A DNA stretch of 64,000 bases, from IMG/VR virus record IMGVR_UViG_3300028610_002494, positions 47,838 through 111,837 of that record, one strand, 5' to 3'. Source of the stretch: a virus. Each line of letters opens with the position of its first letter. The first letter of the stretch is position 1. Of the stretch, positions 9,541 to 18,385 are shown piece by piece. The position numbers and the translations under genes are program-made. The notes beneath the pieces are model-generated. The model saw only the letters and a list, made by a program, of their open reading frames with translations. It was not told where the DNA came from and ran no database searches.

Positions 9541-9967
9541 AAAAATAAAATTATCACAATTCATTGGCAGACAATTATCAAGATTAAAAATGGGTCAAGT
9601 ATATTATGTAATGGGAATGTATTCTATAACAGCTGTAGGAATATTAAAAGTAGCATTTCCACAAATAAGTATTTGGACATTTATACTTTTTATTCCATTT
9701 ATGTTTGTTGGAGCTTTTTTAATTGGTTTTATTGCAGATAGAAGTAATGTTACAACGATGGATTATCAGAAGACAATAGAGATGACAAACAGATATTTAA
9801 CCATTTTAGACTTTAAAAATAATGATTTTAGAATACTCCAAATGGAAACTATGTTTGAATGGATAAAATCCTTAAAAGAAAATAAACCTTTAGATAAAAA
9901 TATATTAAATGAGAAATATAAAGAATTTTTAAATAAATGGAGTCCTAAAAAAGAAAATGAAAAATAA
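9533..9967 (+). CDS. Membrane protein (2 TM)
   Basis: Two hydrophobic helices; coupled to neighbouring genes. Confidence 0.55.
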   Translation: MFKKIKLSQFIGRQLSRLKMGQVYYVMGMYSITAVGILKVAFPQISIWTFILFIPFMFVGAFLIGFIADRSNVTTMDYQKTIEMTNRYLTILDFKNNDFRILQMETMFEWIKSLKENKPLDKNILNEKYKEFLNKWSPKKENEK

Positions 9968-10131
9968 AATAATAACACCTAAAAACTTAACAAATCAACA
10001 AAAATGTGATATTGATTGGATTATAAATGTATTAACCAAATCAACAAAAAACTCAATAAGTTCTGTAAATATTTATTTTAATGGGTTTGATATTAAATTT
10101 AATTATAAAATAAAAATTAAGCTGAGGAAAA

Positions 10132-10587
10132 ATGGAAAAAAATAAAGATTTAATTGATACTTTAGATCCACTACATTATTACACTAAAAAGGATTTATGT
10201 GGAAATTGTAAATATATAAAATCATTTTTATGTGATAAGAGATATGCTGAAGGAATTAACATAACCTATTTAGAACAATATCAAATTAAAATATATATAT
10301 ATAAATTTATATCAAATAATTTAAGAAAGATAATTGATTCATTACACGACAAAGAACTATATCATCATAGACAAGGTGGATATTTTGCTTTAAAATCAAC
10401 CAATTTCCATTGTGGTGAATCTTGTGATTGTGATTGTTCTACAGAAAGATGCTGGGAATTTGAAAGAGTACCAAGTAGAAGACAGCCACATTGCATCAAG
10501 TTTTTTGGTTTGGATTTACCTGAAAAATATAAAGAGAACAATATTACATTTATTTTAGGCAATTTAGAGTTTGAGAAAATAATATAA
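10132..10587 (+). CDS. Cys-rich metal-binding protein (possibly DUF2284-like)
   Basis: CGNC...FALKSTNFHCGESCDCDCSTERC...FGLDL. Confidence 0.4.
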   Translation: MEKNKDLIDTLDPLHYYTKKDLCGNCKYIKSFLCDKRYAEGINITYLEQYQIKIYIYKFISNNLRKIIDSLHDKELYHHRQGGYFALKSTNFHCGESCDCDCSTERCWEFERVPSRRQPHCIKFFGLDLPEKYKENNITFILGNLEFEKII

Positions 10588-10614
10588 ACAAGGTTTATAT
10601 AAACAAGGTTTATA
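10583..10614. promoter_or_regulatory. TATAAAC-N3-GTTTATA dyad, tandem pair
   Basis: Two overlapping copies, 15-bp period, spacer AAG. Confidence 0.8.
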
Positions 10615-10678
10615 TAAAATAAAATAAAGTTAAATAGTAAAATAGTCTTTAAATAATTATAGAGGTTAAAAATTAAAT

Positions 10679-11968
10679 ATGAAATATAAAATGAAAGAAT
10701 TAAGTATTGAAATAACATATAAATGTCCAATGAATTGTATTCATTGTAGCAGTAGAGCAGAACTTGAAAATGAGACAATGATACCAACAGAAAAGATTTT
10801 AGAAATGATTGGAAGATGTAAAATATACTGTGGAACTGAATGTGTTTCTCTTTCAGGTGGAGAACCATTTGAACATCCTGATTTCTGGAAAATATTAAAA
10901 CACATTAAAGCTCAAGGTTTAAAAAGTATAGTTTATTCTTGTGGAATTGAGATGTCACCTGATGGATATTATTGGTGTTTTAGTGATGAAAGAATAAAAA
11001 AACTAAAAACCTTATGTGATGTGTTAATAATAAGTTTACATGGAACTGGTGATAAACATAATAAAATATTAAATATTGGAGATACTGCTTTTTGGAATGT
11101 ATTATATACAATAATGAAAGCAGTGCGTGAAAGTATTAAAGTTGAAATTCACTTTGTTCCTATGTCTTTTAACTATAAAGACATTAAAATTATATATGGA
11201 GTCTGTATGGCACTTGGTGTTTCTAAAATGTCAATATTACGATATGTACCACAAGGAAGAGGATTAGAAACAAGTAAAACTGAAGGAGAAATAAACCTAA
11301 ATAAACCACAATTTATCGAACTACAATATGATATGAGATATATAAGAGATTTATCTAAAATCACTGGTATGACTGAATTTAGAATTGGTATTCCAGCAGA
11401 CTTTACATTTTTACTTGATTATCTTGAAGGGAATAATGATGCCAAAAAAACTAAAGCTTGTACAGGTGGAAAAACTAAAATACTTGTAAAAGCTGATGGG
11501 TTTGTTCAAGTATGTCCTGCTTGGAAAGAACTTGATCACCTTTCAGCAGGAAATATTTATAAAGAAGATATTGTAGATATATGGAAAAAAGGAAATACTT
11601 ATTGTAAATTTAGAGAATTTACCTATAAAGATTTAGGAGAACCATGTAAAAATTGTAAACTTGTTGAAAGTTGTTTAGGTGGTTGTGGAGCTCAAAGAAT
11701 TTTGAATTCAACCTTTAAAGAAATAAATGGACTAAAAATTGCTCCTGATCCATTATGTTTTTATGATGAAATAGAACTTACTAAAAAAGGGTTGATTGAA
11801 TTAATAGATATATTAGAACTAAAGAAATGGTTAATCAATAAAAAAGAAGAATATGAAGAAATTGCTGTTAATTCAATGTCAGATTCACGAGCAGTTAATT
11901 ATATGGCAAGAACAACTACTATTAAAGAAATCCTTAAATATATTGAAGAAATAAAAGAGATTAATTAA
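10679..11968 (+). CDS. Radical SAM/SPASM domain protein
   Basis: CPMNCIHC; SGGEPF; SPASM cysteines CTGG...VQVCP...CKNCKLVESCLGGCGAQR...DPLC. Confidence 0.9.
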   Translation: MKYKMKELSIEITYKCPMNCIHCSSRAELENETMIPTEKILEMIGRCKIYCGTECVSLSGGEPFEHPDFWKILKHIKAQGLKSIVYSCGIEMSPDGYYWCFSDERIKKLKTLCDVLIISLHGTGDKHNKILNIGDTAFWNVLYTIMKAVRESIKVEIHFVPMSFNYKDIKIIYGVCMALGVSKMSILRYVPQGRGLETSKTEGEINLNKPQFIELQYDMRYIRDLSKITGMTEFRIGIPADFTFLLDYLEGNNDAKKTKACTGGKTKILVKADGFVQVCPAWKELDHLSAGNIYKEDIVDIWKKGNTYCKFREFTYKDLGEPCKNCKLVESCLGGCGAQRILNSTFKEINGLKIAPDPLCFYDEIELTKKGLIELIDILELKKWLINKKEEYEEIAVNSMSDSRAVNYMARTTTIKEILKYIEEIKEIN

Positions 11969-12186
11969 ATGTATGCAATCCCAAGGAAGAAAAGGAAAAA
12001 TAAATCAATAGAAATCTCTGAGAAATTATTTTCAGAAGCTATACATAATCAAGATTATGAAAAAGCAGCATCGGTTGTTTTTTGGTGTGTTCTTAAAGAA
12101 TTTGCTCAAGAAGGAATTATAAGTGCATTAGAAAATGGAAATTCATTCTATGAAAGAAAAAAATATAGAAATAGAGGTTTATAATA

Positions 12187-14544
12187 TTGAGAAGAAGATT
12201 CACATTTGATATAGAAATTAATTATGATGAAATAGACCCATTTGATTTAGTAATTAAAAAAGGATCAAGTCCTATTCAAATGTTTGGTTGTTATGATTAT
12301 TATAAAAATAAATTTTATTCCTTTTTTTATCATAAAAACGTGAAATTAATACCTGCAGAAGAAATTAAAAATAAAATTGATAAAAAAATATATTTAATGC
12401 TTAAAAAACATTTTGGAAATCAAAAATTTGTTGTTAAAGAAGGATTTTTTAATTCTACTGAAAGTGGAAGAAAATGGAAATGTAGATATCTTTCTTTTAA
12501 TAATGAAAAAATAATGATTAGAGCATTTATGAAATTTGTTAAAGATATCAGTCCAGACATTTGGTCTGGGTTCTTTATTGAAACATTTGATCTTGTTTAT
12601 ATTATGAACAGATGTAAAACACTAAAAGTTAGTTATAAATATTTAAGTCCACTTTATGAAGCTTATATAAGTCATGGAAGAGCTAAAATAAGAGGAAGTA
12701 TAATATATGACACTCCTAAAACTTATGCTAAATATATGGGAACTCATCGTCATGCTAATTCACTGAAAAAAATAGCTGAATCACATCTGAAAAGAGATGA
12801 TGACCACAAAATAACTAAAACATCTGAAAGTATTATAAACGAAGATTGGTATGATAATGATTGGAAAAAATTCATAGAATATTGTTTAGTAGATGTAGAA
12901 TTATGTGTTTTATTAGAAGAAGAACTTGAACTAATAAGCATGGCAGAAGGATTTGAAAAATTTACTGGAACCAACCCTGAATTTGTATTTTTTCCTTCTC
13001 ATCTAATTGAAAGTACATTTAATTTCATTAAACCTATTTATGAAGAACAAGTATTAAAAAATGAATATAAAATTGCATTTAACACTAAAAAGAGAAGAAA
13101 ATTTGAGAAAGCAGCAGGTGCAAAAGTATTAGAAAGTAAAAAAGGATTTTATCGAAAAGGATTAATGATAATCCTTGATCTTGCAAAAGAATATCCAAAA
13201 ATAATAGAAAGTATAAATATATCACCTGAAACTTTAGTTAAAATAATAGATCAAAATGAGAAAGACAAATACAATTATTGTAAAGAAAATGATGTATATT
13301 ATGTTAAAGAACCAATAGGATTTGTTCCTTTTGCTTTTAAATTTCTTTATTTAATAAGAGATCGTATAGAAAAAGAAAGAGATAAATTTGAATTTGGTTC
13401 TGATAAATTTAATGATATGAACAAAAAAAGACAAACAGTAAAAGATTTGATAAATGCTGTCACAGGTCAAGCTGATTATGCAGACTCAATTATTCTTAGT
13501 CCAATATGTGCTAATTCATGTAGATTAACTGGACAAAAAGAAATAGTAATATCTGTTAATTACACAAAAAAATTTGGTATTGAATTAAAATTAAAACTTA
13601 AGGTTATTTATGGTGATACTGATTCTATTTTTGTTTGGTTAGAAAATGTACAAGATGTTGAGATTGCAAAGAAAATAGCTAAAGAAATATGTAAATGGAT
13701 ACAAGTTGGGTTTGATAAATATGCAAAAGAACTAAATTTAAAATCTCACCAATTTGAAATAGGTTTAGAAAAAATATTAGATATTTTTGTTAGTATAGGC
13801 AAAAAGAAAAAGTATTTTGGGCATATTTTATGGGCAGATGGTAATTATGTAAAAGAAGAAAGCAGTTTACTTGTAAAAGGATTTGAGACAAGAAGATCAG
13901 ACAGTAGTGATTTTACAGATAAAATACAAAAAGAAATATTTGGATTAATAAACAAAACAAGAATATTAGGATGGCATAAAGTAAGAAAAAAAATACTACA
14001 TAAAATAAAAGTGGAATATCCAGATGGGTTTTCAGAAGATAATTTACTTACAATTGGAATACCTAAAAAAATAAATAAACGATTTAAAGATTACAAAGTG
14101 ACAAATGCTCATCTAAGAGGATGTGAATATGCTAATAAATATGTTAATGCTAATTTTCATGCTGGTTCTAAACCTAAATTGATTTATATTAAAGAGGTTA
14201 AACAAAAAGGTGATATAACTTTTCCAAAAAAATATCCACCAACAGATGTATTATGTGTGCAAGAAGGTATGAAAATTCCAGAAGGAGTTTTTATTATTGA
14301 CAAAAAAACAATGCTGGAAAAAACAGTTTATAAAAAATTAAGACAAACACTTGATGTTGTAGGAATACCAATATCACAAATACAAAGTGGATTGAAACAA
14401 ACTAATATAAAAGATTATTTTAATAAATTTAGTAATGACAAAAAAATAACGAAAAAACATATTTTAACTATAAATAAAGAAAAGTTAGGTAAAATATTAA
14501 TTAACTCTAAAAATATTCTTAAAACTATGAAAAAAGAGGTTTAA
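12187..14544 (+). CDS. polB: Family B DNA polymerase with 3'-5' exonuclease
   Basis: ExoI FDIE; ExoII FDLVYI; ExoIII YCLVD; motif A DLAKEYP; motif B KDLINAVTG; motif C YGDTDS; KKKY; KGFETRRSD; PIP box QTNIKDYF. Confidence 0.95.
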   Translation: MRRRFTFDIEINYDEIDPFDLVIKKGSSPIQMFGCYDYYKNKFYSFFYHKNVKLIPAEEIKNKIDKKIYLMLKKHFGNQKFVVKEGFFNSTESGRKWKCRYLSFNNEKIMIRAFMKFVKDISPDIWSGFFIETFDLVYIMNRCKTLKVSYKYLSPLYEAYISHGRAKIRGSIIYDTPKTYAKYMGTHRHANSLKKIAESHLKRDDDHKITKTSESIINEDWYDNDWKKFIEYCLVDVELCVLLEEELELISMAEGFEKFTGTNPEFVFFPSHLIESTFNFIKPIYEEQVLKNEYKIAFNTKKRRKFEKAAGAKVLESKKGFYRKGLMIILDLAKEYPKIIESINISPETLVKIIDQNEKDKYNYCKENDVYYVKEPIGFVPFAFKFLYLIRDRIEKERDKFEFGSDKFNDMNKKRQTVKDLINAVTGQADYADSIILSPICANSCRLTGQKEIVISVNYTKKFGIELKLKLKVIYGDTDSIFVWLENVQDVEIAKKIAKEICKWIQVGFDKYAKELNLKSHQFEIGLEKILDIFVSIGKKKKYFGHILWADGNYVKEESSLLVKGFETRRSDSSDFTDKIQKEIFGLINKTRILGWHKVRKKILHKIKVEYPDGFSEDNLLTIGIPKKINKRFKDYKVTNAHLRGCEYANKYVNANFHAGSKPKLIYIKEVKQKGDITFPKKYPPTDVLCVQEGMKIPEGVFIIDKKTMLEKTVYKKLRQTLDVVGIPISQIQSGLKQTNIKDYFNKFSNDKKITKKHILTINKEKLGKILINSKNILKTMKKEV

Positions 14545-14546
14545 AT

Positions 14547-15338
14547 ATGAAAAAAACAAAAATTAGCAGTAGTAAAATTGATGGATATGATTGGTGTAAT
14601 AGAAAATATAGAATTAGAGAAATAGAAAAAATTCCATCTGGAGTTCCACCACATCCTTCATTAATACTTGGAAAAGTAAGTCATAAAGAAATACATAATT
14701 TTTGGGAAAGATATAACCTTGATCTGGATAATTATGTTTTTCATATACAAAATTACTATACTAAAACCATTAAAAGAATTAGAGGATTAAGTGAAGAAAA
14801 TTATATAAAATTCCAGTTGTATTTCTCAAATTTTATTAGTTTCCAGAAAAGAAGAATTGATACTTACATAAAAAAATATGATGATGAATATTATATTATT
14901 GATAAGCTGTTTTTTCCCATAATCTCCGAAAAATATGGAAAAGTAAATATAACAAGTGATATTACTTTTGGATTCATTATAGATTCTTTATTTTGGAATC
15001 CTACTGGCAATATCCTAATAGACTGGAAAACAGATAAGGATTGTACTGAGGAAAAATTCAAGAGTCATATACCTCAACTTAATAGATATTCAGAATGTTT
15101 ACCACATATTAACCATAGTTGTAAAAAAATAGGGATATACTTCCTAAAAGACTCATTATTTTTTAACAGGTTAAACACAATAGGATATTCACTTGAAAAA
15201 GAAGTATTGACTTTTATAAGAAAAATACAGATCTCTAAATTTCCAAAGGTGTCAAAAAGAGATAAATGGAAATGTCATAATGCAGATCTCAGTTATACTT
15301 GTGAATATTATCCAGAAATATGTACAGGAGTTGAATAA
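14547..15338 (+). CDS. Cas4/RecB-like PD-(D/E)xK exonuclease
   Basis: ISSSKI...WCNRKY; G..SH; IID...LIDWKT...QLNRY; C-terminal C...CEY...C (Fe-S staple). Confidence 0.8.
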   Translation: MKKTKISSSKIDGYDWCNRKYRIREIEKIPSGVPPHPSLILGKVSHKEIHNFWERYNLDLDNYVFHIQNYYTKTIKRIRGLSEENYIKFQLYFSNFISFQKRRIDTYIKKYDDEYYIIDKLFFPIISEKYGKVNITSDITFGFIIDSLFWNPTGNILIDWKTDKDCTEEKFKSHIPQLNRYSECLPHINHSCKKIGIYFLKDSLFFNRLNTIGYSLEKEVLTFIRKIQISKFPKVSKRDKWKCHNADLSYTCEYYPEICTGVE

Positions 15339-15693
15339 AACGGTTTATAAAATAATTTGTTCTAAATGTAGTAAATATACAAATATTTATTATACAAAAA
15401 TTAAAAATCATTATATACGATGTCCAAAATGTGGTGCTTCTACATTTAAAATAGAAATCATAAAAGGATCTCATCAAGAAAATACAATTTATAAAATAAA
15501 CTGTGTTCGATGTAATGAGTATTTTACACTTAATTATTCGAAAGTCAAAGAATTATCTTTCCCATTTATACAATGTCCTATATGTAAACAATTTATATTT
15601 AAAATAGAAATTATGAAAGGAAATAGAATTGAGATATTAAAATTAAATAGAAGAACAAAAGACATTTACGAGAAATATGATACTTCAACTTAA
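15331..15693 (+). CDS. Tandem zinc-ribbon protein (two repeats)
   Basis: YKIICSKC...IRCPKC..FKIEIIKG repeated as YKINCVRC...IQCPIC..FKIEIMKG. Start uncertain (TTG 15331 or ACG 15340). Confidence 0.65.
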   Translation: MNKTVYKIICSKCSKYTNIYYTKIKNHYIRCPKCGASTFKIEIIKGSHQENTIYKINCVRCNEYFTLNYSKVKELSFPFIQCPICKQFIFKIEIMKGNRIEILKLNRRTKDIYEKYDTST

Positions 15694-15733
15694 AGTAGTA
15701 ATAAGAAAAATATTATAAAGAAGATAAATGTAA

Positions 15734-16492
15734 ATGAGAATATTTAAGAACAAAATTATCTTAGGAAATTGTTTAGATATCTTAAAATTTATAGATGATC
15801 AAGTAGATTTAGTTTTAACTGATCCACCACAATATAGATTAATTAATGATGATATTAAACTAAATAATAGAAAAGATTTTGTAAGAAAAGCCAATTTTGA
15901 TTTATTTAATTCATATAAAGATTTCCTTATTTTCACTGAAAAATGGATTAAATTAACATCAGAACTGATGACTAATAACTCAACAATATATATTTCATAT
16001 GCTGAACAATTCTCAAATGACCTAATTAATATTTGTAAAAACTATGATTTATCATATTTTGATACATTTTATTGGCATAAAACCAACCCAATGCTACAGA
16101 TCAGAAAAAGAAACTTTAGATCATCAGTAGAGACAACCCTAATATTTACAAGAGGAAAATACACATTTAATTTCTTAGAACAGAGTAAAATGCATGATTT
16201 TATGGAATTGCCAATATGTTTAGGAAAAGTAAGACTAAAGAATAAAAAAGGTGGAACATTACATCCAACACAAAAACCATTAAAACTAATCAAGCATTTT
16301 GTTAGAATCTCATCTAACATTGGAGATAAAGTATTGGATCCATTCTCTGGCACTGGAACAACAAATGTTGCCTGTAAAATGTTAAATAGAAAATGTTTAG
16401 GTATAGAAATTAATGAGGAATATTATTTAGCAAGTATTAAAAGATTAAATAAAATAAATACCACAAAATCAGGTGTATTAGGTTGGTTATAA
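15734..16492 (+). CDS. DNA N6-adenine/N4-cytosine methyltransferase (beta class)
   Basis: LTDPPQY (variant of DPPY); HPTQKP; VLDPFSGTGTT; LGIEIN. Confidence 0.85.
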   Translation: MRIFKNKIILGNCLDILKFIDDQVDLVLTDPPQYRLINDDIKLNNRKDFVRKANFDLFNSYKDFLIFTEKWIKLTSELMTNNSTIYISYAEQFSNDLINICKNYDLSYFDTFYWHKTNPMLQIRKRNFRSSVETTLIFTRGKYTFNFLEQSKMHDFMELPICLGKVRLKNKKGGTLHPTQKPLKLIKHFVRISSNIGDKVLDPFSGTGTTNVACKMLNRKCLGIEINEEYYLASIKRLNKINTTKSGVLGWL

Positions 16493-17609
16493 AAGTATTT
16501 GGTCTTTATGAACAATTTCCAAGAAGATATGGAAAATCTAATAAAGTAATATATTCCAAAAAAGAATTTCTAAGACTTATTAATAGAGATAATGGATATA
16601 ATGATGTTTTTGTAAGTGTTTTTAGTTATGCTTATTTAAAGGAAGGAACAAATGGAACATATAAAATAGATTCTGAATCTGCTATTATTGATAAAACATA
16701 TATTGATATGGACACTAAAGATTTTGTAGATTATTATGATTTTTATGCAAATAATCCTGATTTTGAAAAAATAAAAGAAAAGACAAAATTCTAAGAATTT
16801 ATGTTTATAGTGGTGGTGGATTTCATCTATATAGTTATATTGGGAATAGACCAGAAAACAAAAAATACTTTTGCAGGAATGCTATTGATTATATAAATAA
16901 ACTGGTATGTAAAGATGAAGAAAAATATACAGATATAAATGGAAAAGAAAGAATAAGAAAAATATGGGATCCGCATAGTCCTCTTAAGCTCTCTCAAATG
17001 GCACGTGTAATTGGAACATATAATCCTAAAAGAAAACTATTTTGTACATCTTTAGATGAACATGATTTAGATATGGGAATAAAATGGATAAAAATAAAAG
17101 CAAAAGAACAACATGATAAAATCCATTACTTAGGAAATAAATTAATGTATTTTGACAGTTCTTTTGACCAATCTAATATCTTAGAAAAATGTTCTGAAGT
17201 TTTAGAATTAAATTTAGAAGATTACTCTTCAGACATTAAAGAACTCCTCGAATCATTAGGTATTTTATGGAAAGAAATATCGTTATGTATGAAATATTTT
17301 CTAAAAGAAAAACAAAAGCTAAACTATAATGAAAGATACCTAATAATAACCTTTCTATATAGATGTGGACTCAGCAAAAAAGAAATAATAGAAGTATTAA
17401 AATTAATATTAACTCCAGATAAATTATACCACTGTTGTGGTGTAATCACAAATAATTATAGATCAACATCACGACAAAAAAGTAGAATAGAATATCAACC
17501 AGATGATATAATAGAAAATGATTATTATATCTCATGTTCTCAGATTAAAAATTATGGAATGTGTAATGTTTTATGTAAAATAAAGGATGTATTATATTAT
17601 TTTTCTTAA
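16483..17609 (+). CDS. Archaeo-eukaryotic primase, PriS-PriL-like fusion, split by a -1 frameshift at ~16766-16791
   Basis: First frame has IIDKTYIDMD (motif I). The -1 frame is open from 16767 and has YSGGGFHLY (motif II), ARVIGTYN (motif III) and a PriL-CTD-like region (SLC...LNYNER...YISCSQIKNYGMCNVLC). Confidence 0.8.
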
Positions 17610-17706
17610 GTAAAAGAAATGGATAAACAAAAAAAGAAATAATTTTAAATAGTTAAATAGTCTTTAAATAATTAAGAAATAGAAAAAATTAATATATATT
17701 ATTATA

Positions 17707-18054
17707 TATGGAGTTGTAGTGTTGGAAGTTGATAACTCAGATGAATCCAAAAATAAAAAAACTCTGTGTGCTGTTAAGAACCCATCAATAAGATCCAATC
17801 AGAGTTGGTTCTATAACATATTTTTAGGGAATATATCAAAAAATAAACCAGATCACTCACACATAAAAGTAAATTGGATTATGCAACTTAATGAAAATGA
17901 AATTAATCTATTAAAAGAAAAAAGTTGTAAAGTAATAGAAATAGAAACTAAAATAAAAAAATCAATTAAAACAGGTGTGGAGATAAATGAACTCTAAATT
18001 AAACCAACTCCATAATTTATTTCTTGTCTCCACATCTGACCTAATTAAGAGTTG
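17707..18054 (+). ncRNA. Candidate structured RNA / structured leader overlapping ORF 17719-17997
   Basis: 15-bp helix 17972-17986/18024-18038 (2 G-U pairs); perfect 10-bp 17707-17716/18005-18014 pairing; follows the conserved promoter at 17644-17666. Confidence 0.35.
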
Positions 18055-18064
18055 AATTAAAAAA

Positions 18065-18382
18065 ATGGAAAAAGTAGTAAACTTGCATATGGTTAATGGA
18101 ATAAGACCATATTATGATATTTATATTGGTCGTAGATTAAATTATCCTAAAGCAACATTTCCACTAAGTAAATGGCATAACCCATTTATTATAAAATTTA
18201 TGAAATATAGTATTGAAGAAAATTTAGAACTTTATGAAAAACACATTAGAAATACTCCTAAATTATGGAAAGATTTGGATGAACTGGAAGGAAAGATTTT
18301 GGGATGTTGGTGTAAACCTGATCCATGCCATGGAGATATACTTATAAAATTATTAAAAGAAAAACGAAGACGGACAAGATAA
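18065..18382 (+). CDS. DUF4326 family protein
   Basis: YDIYIGR...SKWHNPF...LEGKILGCWCKPDPCHGDIL. Confidence 0.9.
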   Translation: MEKVVNLHMVNGIRPYYDIYIGRRLNYPKATFPLSKWHNPFIIKFMKYSIEENLELYEKHIRNTPKLWKDLDELEGKILGCWCKPDPCHGDILIKLLKEKRRRTR

Positions 18383-18385
18383 AAA

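Noticed and set aside
16792-16794. Stop-codon readthrough or alternative genetic code at the primase break
   Set aside because: Motif II lies in a different frame, and code 11 gives dense, intact genes elsewhere using all three stop codons.
17707-18054. RNase P, SRP, tmRNA or group I intron identity for the structured segment
   Set aside because: None of their conserved sequence motifs was recognisable.
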